Shown piece by piece: positions 57,081-64,000 of a stretch of 64,000 nucleotides of DNA. The DNA lies in the IMG/VR virus record IMGVR_UViG_2706795958_000001, positions 1 to 64,000 of that record. One strand, written 5' to 3'. How positions within the stretch are numbered: position 1 is the first letter of the stretch; each line of letters begins with the position of its first letter. Position numbers and translations under genes: made by a program. Source of the DNA: a virus. Taxonomy: Duplodnaviria; Caudoviricetes. The notes under the pieces were generated by a model that was not told where the DNA came from, searched no databases, and worked only from the letters and a program-made list of their open reading frames with translations.

Positions 57081-57737
57081 CTAGTCAACCCCCGAGAGGT
57101 TGACGAACTTGGTAGCATACGTATTATGGTATTTAACTAAATCGGTGTAGGTAATCGAATCACCATCACGCACGTACACATCTGCAAGCCAGCGGTTAAA
57201 TAGGGTTGGTTTATCACCTGCATACCCATTAATGCCAATACGGTCTGTAACGTTGGCAAGAAGTGAACGCATTGTCCAAGTATCAGAGTTCATAGTCCAG
57301 ATAAAGTTATCATTATCACTATGATTTAGTGCCACGAAATCGCCTGCAATATCCACAGAAGGGAATGGTGTCATATTAAAGATGGTTCTACCTTCGGGAA
57401 GATTAGCCATCAAAATGGGAACGAATACACCCTTCTTTGGAATCACTGGCATGAGAAAAGTGTAATCCTCATTGTTGTTCGTTGACAGCAATACCTTAAT
57501 GCTGGATTCCACATAACCGCCGGGCTGGTACCCCTCTTCAATTCCTGGGTACCAGATAACTTTTTCATCATCCACGCAAGAGAAGATGGATATCTCTTTA
57601 GGTGCATTATCTGAGTTCGTTTCATAGCTAACAGAACCGAATTCGCCATGACCCATAGTCTCATTGGATAGAGTTAGTCCGAATAAGCTCATCAGTGGTC
57701 CGACGGTTGAAATCTTGTGACCGTGCTTATTAATCAT
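57081..57737 (-). CDS. Hypothetical protein
   Basis: ATG 57737 overlaps the upstream stop; 218 aa. Confidence 0.6.
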   Translation of the reverse strand: MINKHGHKISTVGPLMSLFGLTLSNETMGHGEFGSVSYETNSDNAPKEISIFSCVDDEKVIWYPGIEEGYQPGGYVESSIKVLLSTNNNEDYTFLMPVIPKKGVFVPILMANLPEGRTIFNMTPFPSVDIAGDFVALNHSDNDNFIWTMNSDTWTMRSLLANVTDRIGINGYAGDKPTLFNRWLADVYVRDGDSITYTDLVKYHNTYATKFVNLSGVD

Positions 57738-57894
57738 CAACCATTCCTTGATCTTTAAATACCTGCACTGCTGATTCAAGTTCCAATTCTGATGCAGACT
57801 TAGGGATCACCTTTTTGCTCGGCGCTGGCGGCTTGGTTTTCTTTCTGGATTTACTCGGCTTTGACTCTGGCTTGCTCTCGAATAATTCAAACAC
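57730..57894 (-). CDS. Basic hypothetical protein, 54 aa (not in ORF track)
   Basis: GTG 57894 to TAA 57730; fills the gap between neighbours. Confidence 0.5.
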   Translation of the reverse strand: MFELFESKPESKPSKSRKKTKPPAPSKKVIPKSASELELESAVQVFKDQGMVDD

Positions 57895-58079
57895 TAGCTT
57901 CCAATCTGCTTGTCGTCTGGCATTGGACCATGAGCCAAATAGGCGGTATTATATGCATTGTATGCAGAAACTACAGCGGTATCTAGTTTCTCTTTCACGT
58001 CACTGGGTAGAAAATTGCAATCAATCTCAACCTCAGTCCTCAGACCCATTTCATTGTCAATAATAACCCGAACGTTCAT
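57894..58079 (-). CDS. Hypothetical protein
   Basis: 61 aa, ATGA overlap. Confidence 0.55.
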   Translation of the reverse strand: MNVRVIIDNEMGLRTEVEIDCNFLPSDVKEKLDTAVVSAYNAYNTAYLAHGPMPDDKQIGS

Positions 58080-58795
58080 GCCAGTGCCTTAATCTCGTCA
58101 ATGCTCACGTTATACATCTCAGCAAAAGTCTCGGCATCGAATCCATTTGCGAGACCCTTTTTAATGGACGCAATAGCAGTCTCGTTAAGCTTAGACTTCT
58201 TTTTCTTAGGGCCAGGTTGGGTAGGAGCCGGGGTAGGTGATGGGGTTTCCGTGGAAACACTCGGTGCCACACCAGACTGAACATTCGCTTCCGTGCCCTG
58301 TCCCGCAAGTCGAAGAGAATCCCCGGTCTGTCCCGGTCCCATAAAACCCGGCGTATCTGGCAGTTCCTCTCCGGCAACTTTAGCCTTATAGCGCTTAACG
58401 GCCAGCCGCACCACCTGGTCGGAATTCTCAAATGCGGGCGTGCAAATAATAACTAGAGCTTCGGCAAGGCCGCGACCGACAGAGGTTTTTCCCACATATT
58501 CAACCTTGTCATTAAGCCAATTCAATTCGTCCTCTGATGAATACCAAGGTCCAAGCTTCTCGATAGCCTTTTCCCTATTGAGAATTTTACCACCGCCATT
58601 CCAGTTCATGGCTTCGGACATTACCTCATCAAGCTTAAGCCAAATTTGTTGCACTAGAGTAGGTGCCATAACGTTTTTTCTCCTGTCGTGAAATAGCTTA
58701 TAGTGTTCATCTAATTCGTCCCACTGGGACCGTGCTGATTGCGAATGGTCTGCCGGTTTATTGCAAACCTGACAGTTCATTGCTACTGCTGTCAT
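58076..58795 (-). CDS. Hypothetical protein with C-terminal HTH
   Basis: SKLNETAIASIK...AETFAEMYNVS resembles an HTH; N-terminal CQVC. Confidence 0.6.
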   Translation of the reverse strand: MTAVAMNCQVCNKPADHSQSARSQWDELDEHYKLFHDRRKNVMAPTLVQQIWLKLDEVMSEAMNWNGGGKILNREKAIEKLGPWYSSEDELNWLNDKVEYVGKTSVGRGLAEALVIICTPAFENSDQVVRLAVKRYKAKVAGEELPDTPGFMGPGQTGDSLRLAGQGTEANVQSGVAPSVSTETPSPTPAPTQPGPKKKKSKLNETAIASIKKGLANGFDAETFAEMYNVSIDEIKALA

Positions 58796-59013
58796 AGTAA
58801 ATCAGCAAATCCGCTGCGCTTAAGACTCATTTTAAGACTAGTGCTAGCTTCATGGGTCCTTAGCCATTCTTTTATACCTTCAATTTGTTTATCAACCGGT
58901 GAATCTTCAAGCTTGAGTCTAGCTAATAGTTGTCCAACAAATGCAGGTTCGGGTAATTCTTCACCAGGGAGTACGAATACACTGTCATCCCAGAGTCGAT
59001 GTGAAATACCCAT
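58792..59013 (-). CDS. Hypothetical protein
   Basis: 73 aa, coupled start and stop. Confidence 0.6.
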   Translation of the reverse strand: MGISHRLWDDSVFVLPGEELPEPAFVGQLLARLKLEDSPVDKQIEGIKEWLRTHEASTSLKMSLKRSGFADLL

Positions 59014-59258
59014 TAATCATTATCCTTGCCTAGCTTGTATTTTTGATCAATTTTACGCTCATCTGCTGGATTAGCATCAGTTTCTTCACAAGATGAAACA
59101 TTCCATTCTTCACCAAATTCATATGGATCGAATGCACCTGCATAAGGTTCATTATCCAGGGCAATGGTTTCAGCTTCTTCTTTATTTGGTGCAACAATAG
59201 TATACGTAGCCGACACTTCGGTAGTGATAGTAACCTGATAAACCTTATTATCGCTCAT
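59013..59258 (-). CDS. Hypothetical protein
   Basis: ATG 59258 overlaps the upstream TGA; KVYQVTITTEVSATY. Confidence 0.6.
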   Translation of the reverse strand: MSDNKVYQVTITTEVSATYTIVAPNKEEAETIALDNEPYAGAFDPYEFGEEWNVSSCEETDANPADERKIDQKYKLGKDND

Positions 59259-59467
59259 TTCTTCAACCCCATCTGTACTAAGAATCCGTATACGGGTGCG
59301 CGTACCCACTCATTGTGACCGCGCAATAACACAACCTTCCAATACGTTTCGCATTCGTCACACTGCCATACGTCTCCTGGTTGTGCGTGATTTGCCTTCT
59401 GCTGAGGATCAGGCTTTTTACATTCATGAAACCCTGTGGCTTCACCCTTGCGTTTAATCCACCCCAT
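59255..59467 (-). CDS. Small Zn-ribbon protein
   Basis: FHEC...PGDVWQCDECETYW. Confidence 0.6.
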   Translation of the reverse strand: MGWIKRKGEATGFHECKKPDPQQKANHAQPGDVWQCDECETYWKVVLLRGHNEWVRAPVYGFLVQMGLKK

Positions 59468-59676
59468 TACCGCCTCCGTCGTGGCTTAGCTCGAACGCTA
59501 GATGTTTTATGGTAATACCCACACCTGCATCTATAAGTACTAGTGGGTCCAAGACCTGTCTTTGCCCATTGACCGCTAATAGCCCTATTCGCCTCATACT
59601 TATTAGTAAATCGTTGCTTGTTAGGCGTAGGGCATTTCTTAGGCATTGCCTTTCTTTTCCGGGGGACGCCAATCAT
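59467..59676 (-). CDS. Small basic protein
   Basis: CPTPNKQRF...YRCRCGYYH. Confidence 0.65.
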   Translation of the reverse strand: MIGVPRKRKAMPKKCPTPNKQRFTNKYEANRAISGQWAKTGLGPTSTYRCRCGYYHKTSSVRAKPRRRR

Positions 59677-59896
59677 ATGTCATACCCAGAATAATAAGAG
59701 CACCGGCAGACATGCCACACACAAGGCGAACAAACTGAAATCCCCACCACCACGGTTGCCACTGCTCCAAGTATACATTGCTCAGGAACGTAAATGATAC
59801 CCACAAAAATACCATAAACGCCGACATAGTGTACAAAAAACGCTTGGTAAACCTAGTTCGGCCAATTTTATTCAGGTGCTTATCAATAGGATTCAT
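59639..59896 (-). CDS. Small membrane protein
   Basis: Two TM segments. Confidence 0.6.
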   Translation of the reverse strand: MNPIDKHLNKIGRTRFTKRFLYTMSAFMVFLWVSFTFLSNVYLEQWQPWWWGFQFVRLVCGMSAGALIILGMTYDWRPPEKKGNA

Positions 59897-60099
59897 TTCA
59901 TCTCCAATGTTTCTAGTCCGAGGCTCATCATGCCAATCTTGGACTGCTTTTTTACTGCCTTACCGAAGGTGGCCGATGGTGATAATCCATGCTTACGAAT
60001 ATAGTCACCATAGTGTTCCATCCACTCAGCCTCGTCTACCTCTGCATCAACAACAACCGATACCCTGAGTTTCCCCTTATCCTTCTCAGATGCCGACAT
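59893..60099 (-). CDS. Hypothetical protein
   Basis: 68 aa, operon packing. Confidence 0.55.
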   Translation of the reverse strand: MSASEKDKGKLRVSVVVDAEVDEAEWMEHYGDYIRKHGLSPSATFGKAVKKQSKIGMMSLGLETLEMK

Positions 60100-62290
60100 T
60101 ATTAATCCTCTTCTCGATTTCCTTAAGAACCGATTTAAGGTCAGTTGGATCGGTAACTAGTACGGTATCCATTCCTACCTCATTCGGTGAATCGGTTTCA
60201 AGCCCTACGCCAAGCATTGCAATTCCAAGTCTGCGCAGAATCTTAATTTCTTTCTGAACAATAGGGATCTCTTCGTCGCGTAGAGTGGCAGGAATTTCGC
60301 CATCTGTAAAGTAGATGAGCAATTTCTTTCGTGCTCTCGACTTTTCTAGCACCTTACGATACACCTGCAAGTTGTGTCCATCAAGGCTACCTGCTGCGGG
60401 AATTAATGAAAGGCACTTTTCTTTGGCTACATTATCCCACGGTTCGTTGATAGTTTTGCAAGGCAATAGAACCTGATTAATTCGACCTGTAGCATGACCA
60501 GTGCGGTGACCATATAGTGAGAAATTAACGTCTACCTTTTGCAGAAGCTCGGCGGTAGAATATCCAATGTGAATAATGTTCTTGTATAGACCGTTAGAAC
60601 TCGTGGAACTAGAAAGGTCTAGTCCAATGCATACCTCAAAGTCAACACCTTGTGCGCGGAGCTTCTTTTTAAAGATACGCTCATCATCTCCCCATGCACG
60701 CTTTCCCAGTATTGCCCCGTCAACCTTTCCCTTTGTAAGATTACGGTAGTTCTTGTCAAGCTTTGATTCAGAAAATACACGCCTAGCATGAATAACAGAA
60801 GAGGCAATACTCATCATGTTAGGCGGGTCAACTGGCTTGAATCTTTTTTGTCGAAGGTTCTCGATAGGATTTACATACACCAATTCACCGACGAGCTTGG
60901 TGTACTCATCATAATTCTCAACCTGAGAAATGATAGCAGTAAGATTTTCTTTACTTACTTCCAGATCATTGAAGTCAATTCGATCATCATTGGCTTCATT
61001 AGATTGAACTTCGGAAGTTTTTACATGAATTGTACACTGATGGGGTGAACCTATTTGCTCGGGGGAAGGAGCTTGTTCACTAGGAACTGGTGAATTTTGT
61101 CCGCCGTTTCCGGTGCCATCGTCGGGAATATCGTCTTTATTAGACTCGGTAGTGCTATCGCCATCAGACTTATCGTTGCTATCGGACTGTGATAAATCCT
61201 GCCCTGATTGACGATCATCAGTATCGTCTGAATTCCCAGAACTATTGTCATGCTCATTGTTACCAGTATTGCGTTTTGTCTGCTCACCCTCATCCCTAGA
61301 AGAATTCGAGCTATCAGCAGTACCCTGGTCGTCTGCATCCACGGCAGTTTCGTCTGCTCTATCAGAGCTTCCAGTTCCGTCTGTGGATTCTCCTGATTCA
61401 CCTCCTGATTCGTTTCCGTCGTCTCTCCCTGGTTCCGATTGTTGTTCGTCATCTTCTTCCTGAAAAAATCCGTGCTGCTTCATGAATCCAACAAAAGCCA
61501 CACTCATGAGCACAGCGTGCATAGGATTTACAAATGGTATATTCTGAGATTCTTCAATGAAATTGCGTACAGGAGCAACAACCTTAGGATCGAAATGTTT
61601 TTCAATCTCGTGGCCTTGCGCAGCAAACAGCCAGGCACTAAACGATTGAATATCTACATGCCTGGACTTCCAGAACGTAATCTTGCCGTCTAGGTCTTCT
61701 ATACCATTAACAAGAATATTCTCAGCGTCGTGCCATACCATAGTAGCAAATCCGGGCTGAGCAATAGTTACCAATTCTTCCATTCGGTAATCTTCAAAGA
61801 AATTCCAGCCTTGGCCCACGTAAGGATTGAGCTTATTCGCTAGCTCAACAGCTTGCATGTAACGATTCTTTTCTCGAATTCGCTTTTGCAACTTAGAAGC
61901 ATAAGAAATGCCACCGAACTCTACGGCAATGTCCGAGATTTCAGATTGATATTCAAGAGGATCAATCTGAAAATTCAGAGAGTTAAAAATAATATGCCCT
62001 AGTTCATGATGCAGATTGGTGTACAGTTCCTCGATCCTGCGGCACCCCGGGCACAGTTCACGATGATCATCGCCACGCTGATAGCACAGATTGCGTACAT
62101 GCTCAGGCTTGTGGGCCAGGGTCAGCGGAGGCGTCAGGAAAATAGTCTTACCATCAGTTTGTGTAACCGGACCGGCTTTAACTTCCACCCTTTTGCCAGC
62201 AAGAGAACTGGCGAAAGAAGAAAGGCTTGGCCTAATTCGATTGAATTCCTTGACTACCCGTACTGCACGTTCTTCTTTTGTTTCATTCAA
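60086..62290 (-). CDS. CobT-like protein: HExxH domain, acidic linker, vWA domain
   Basis: HHELGH, NFFEDYRME, D/E/S-rich linker, MIDAS DLSSS...FTDG. Confidence 0.8.
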   Translation of the reverse strand: MNETKEERAVRVVKEFNRIRPSLSSFASSLAGKRVEVKAGPVTQTDGKTIFLTPPLTLAHKPEHVRNLCYQRGDDHRELCPGCRRIEELYTNLHHELGHIIFNSLNFQIDPLEYQSEISDIAVEFGGISYASKLQKRIREKNRYMQAVELANKLNPYVGQGWNFFEDYRMEELVTIAQPGFATMVWHDAENILVNGIEDLDGKITFWKSRHVDIQSFSAWLFAAQGHEIEKHFDPKVVAPVRNFIEESQNIPFVNPMHAVLMSVAFVGFMKQHGFFQEEDDEQQSEPGRDDGNESGGESGESTDGTGSSDRADETAVDADDQGTADSSNSSRDEGEQTKRNTGNNEHDNSSGNSDDTDDRQSGQDLSQSDSNDKSDGDSTTESNKDDIPDDGTGNGGQNSPVPSEQAPSPEQIGSPHQCTIHVKTSEVQSNEANDDRIDFNDLEVSKENLTAIISQVENYDEYTKLVGELVYVNPIENLRQKRFKPVDPPNMMSIASSVIHARRVFSESKLDKNYRNLTKGKVDGAILGKRAWGDDERIFKKKLRAQGVDFEVCIGLDLSSSTSSNGLYKNIIHIGYSTAELLQKVDVNFSLYGHRTGHATGRINQVLLPCKTINEPWDNVAKEKCLSLIPAAGSLDGHNLQVYRKVLEKSRARKKLLIYFTDGEIPATLRDEEIPIVQKEIKILRRLGIAMLGVGLETDSPNEVGMDTVLVTDPTDLKSVLKEIEKRINNVGI

Positions 62291-62625
62291 TTGATACCTC
62301 CCATTGCCGACTTTTGGTGCTGAGCGAATGCACCAGTCACGATACCATTGATTACCAGGTCCATACTACCTTCGGGAACCGAGGAAATAACTCGATCATT
62401 AACAATGATATCCCATTGATCGAACTGGTCTCGTCCGTCCACCAGGTGGGTGATATGGCGAACCTTGAACTTCAATCCGGTTTTAGCTTGTGCAACACCA
62501 ATCTTGTAACGGATCGAATCAAGCAAGGTGGTAAATTCACCGGGGCCAGGAACGGTATAAAAACCGCCCACATCTTCTTTGATCTCTACATCAATGGCAT
62601 CAAAAACAACCTGACGATTAGGCAT
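62287..62625 (-). CDS. Hypothetical protein
   Basis: 112 aa, ATGA-type overlap. Confidence 0.6.
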   Translation of the reverse strand: MPNRQVVFDAIDVEIKEDVGGFYTVPGPGEFTTLLDSIRYKIGVAQAKTGLKFKVRHITHLVDGRDQFDQWDIIVNDRVISSVPEGSMDLVINGIVTGAFAQHQKSAMGGIN

Positions 62626-62914
62626 TATTAACTCCTAGTACGATATGTCCGAAATCTGATACAACCTTATTGTACATCTTAATACGTTCTTCTAGATCGC
62701 TTGCCAGCTTTTCAACCCTCATCTTTTCTGGCGAGTTGTCGTTAACAATAGTCAGCGTATCCTTTACCTTTCTAGCCATAAGCAAAGCTTCATCGAGGAT
62801 TATGACCGGAACAAACACAGACTCAGTGAGAATCATCTGCGTAAGAATAGCCACAATATCTTCAACACTTGGGTTGCTTAAATTGGGTACCTCTGGCATT
62901 GGAACATTACTCAT
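62618..62914 (-). CDS. Hypothetical helical protein
   Basis: 98 aa, operon packing. Confidence 0.6.
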   Translation of the reverse strand: MSNVPMPEVPNLSNPSVEDIVAILTQMILTESVFVPVIILDEALLMARKVKDTLTIVNDNSPEKMRVEKLASDLEERIKMYNKVVSDFGHIVLGVNNA

Positions 62915-63083
62915 ATCTTTTCCTTAGCTCATCCGGTGAAAACGACCATTCCATCCCGTCAATCCAGTCATATTCAATAATTACTCTGTCGCCTTCTACT
63001 CTGACAATTTCGCCTTTGTTATTAGAAGGTGCTCTGGTTTTTACCTCCACCTTAGTACCGGGTCTACAATTTTTAAGCTTCAT
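62907..63083 (-). CDS. Small SH3-like protein, 58 aa (not in ORF track)
   Basis: PGTKVEV...KGEIVRVEGDRVIIEY...FSPDEL. Confidence 0.6.
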   Translation of the reverse strand: MKLKNCRPGTKVEVKTRAPSNNKGEIVRVEGDRVIIEYDWIDGMEWSFSPDELRKRYE

Positions 63084-63235
63084 GCTTTTTCCTTATATTG
63101 TTCACATTCACATTCAAAGCAATAGCTTGTTTGCATTCCGCATGGACAACCTTCATGGTCTAAATGGGCGTGTCCACAAATACAATTAGGAAGTTTTTCA
63201 TCTGGATCACTTGGATCACAATAGCAGATAGTCAT
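63080..63235 (-). CDS. Cys/His-rich miniprotein, 51 aa (not in ORF track)
   Basis: 9 Cys and 3 His; CICGHAHLDH...CFECEC; start overlaps the upstream stop. Confidence 0.6.
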   Translation of the reverse strand: MTICYCDPSDPDEKLPNCICGHAHLDHEGCPCGMQTSYCFECECEQYKEKA

Positions 63236-63675
63236 TAGAAATGCTGTCCAGCCTTGCGCTTTGTGGCTAAAACCTCGGAGTAGTGACGGTTCTCTTCCAG
63301 GAGTTCCTTCACGGAATTAAGAGCACCGAAAGACCGGTCATTAAAATCATCATAGGTAGATGCAATATCTACCAAGGTTTTGAGCAGAGGCTCAGAAATG
63401 GCAACCTTGTCACTATCATGCAGTGCCGTGTACAGCATATCAGCCAGGATGGCATAAGGGAAGGCTAGAAATGCATCAGGCAATCCAGTAACAGTAATTG
63501 GTTCACGCGGAATCTTGTCCAGATTATCGTAATCCGTAGCCTGAACCGAATTAGCGGTATTATTCATTATCAATTGCAGATTAAAATGCTTACGCTCTCT
63601 TTCGCTCTGCTGATACATGCCATATGCAGACTGAATACCATGAGCAACAGCAACAAGAATACCTGTAAAGTTCAT
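63235..63675 (-). CDS. Hypothetical protein
   Basis: GGAGG RBS before ATG 63675. Confidence 0.6.
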   Translation of the reverse strand: MNFTGILVAVAHGIQSAYGMYQQSERERKHFNLQLIMNNTANSVQATDYDNLDKIPREPITVTGLPDAFLAFPYAILADMLYTALHDSDKVAISEPLLKTLVDIASTYDDFNDRSFGALNSVKELLEENRHYSEVLATKRKAGQHF

Positions 63676-63725
63676 ATTTCCTCCAAAAAGCCAGCTTTTA
63701 TTTTGTCCGATATTTGAGAGACCTA

Positions 63726-63983
63726 TCACCGTGAATTACTCTTAACAATCCCCAATACAATTTCCCCTGAGTCTGGATCAATAAAGTCCACGATAGCTAG
63801 CCTAAAGCAATCAACGATATTGAAATACTGAGTAGCCAATGCCACCTTAATTGTCTGTGCAGTTCCCCACCTAAATGGCAATGTGTCGCTAGCAGACTGA
63901 GCACGAATAACATTGACAATTCTACTGATAGTGTTGTACAGGGAAGTTGGCAGTGCATATCCATCGGTGAGGCAGCGTTCCAT
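63726..63983 (-). CDS. Hypothetical protein, possibly truncated by the window end
   Basis: Frame stays open from 63983 to the window edge. Confidence 0.45.
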   Translation of the reverse strand: MERCLTDGYALPTSLYNTISRIVNVIRAQSASDTLPFRWGTAQTIKVALATQYFNIVDCFRLAIVDFIDPDSGEIVLGIVKSNSR

Positions 63984-64000
63984 AATGATTTGCTTTTCAG

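Noticed and set aside
1-64000. Prophage with flanking host DNA or IS elements
   Set aside because: No housekeeping genes, rRNA, transposases or att-bounded junctions were seen; the window is phage-like throughout.

Overview
The whole window reads as one actinobacteriophage genome segment, a long-tailed siphovirus with no host genes. Spot counts give about 40-50% GC. The host is probably a mycolata genus such as Gordonia or Rhodococcus, inferred from lysin B, an LGFP-repeat lysin and two WhiB genes. From memory the gene set resembles ReqiDocB7/GordTnk2-type phages, which I cannot confirm without a search. Layout: (1) 1-784 is non-coding and repeat-rich (phased GAATTC motifs, a 49-bp direct repeat, CGACC iterons, an AT-rich patch, nested palindromes), a possible genome end or origin. 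(2) 785-4995 is a leftward replication unit with a split primase (AEP gene plus Zn-finger/P-loop gene). (3) 5068-41551 is a rightward virion and lysis operon: terminase, Mu-like portal and protease, decoration and major capsid proteins, connectors, tail tube, frameshifted chaperones, a 2915-aa tape measure, minor tail proteins, lysin A, holin, a second tail/fibre cluster with a CE4 deacetylase, and lysin B. (4) 41667-64000 is a leftward arm: Cas4-like nuclease, two WhiB, MazG-like, RusA, beta clamp, oligoribonuclease, SNF2 helicase, ThyX, HNH, SSB, tyrosine recombinase, a vWA/HExxH protein and many small ORFs. The most unusual observations are a tandem pair of related ~100-nt structured elements with covarying stems (52375-52571), an in-frame TAA inside a 24-aa-repeat tail gene (39378-39380), a possible degenerate TGT-like/small-terminase fusion (5068-6495), and recurring ~100-bp GC3-rich islands inside otherwise AT-richer genes. 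All family calls come from recalled motifs, not database searches.
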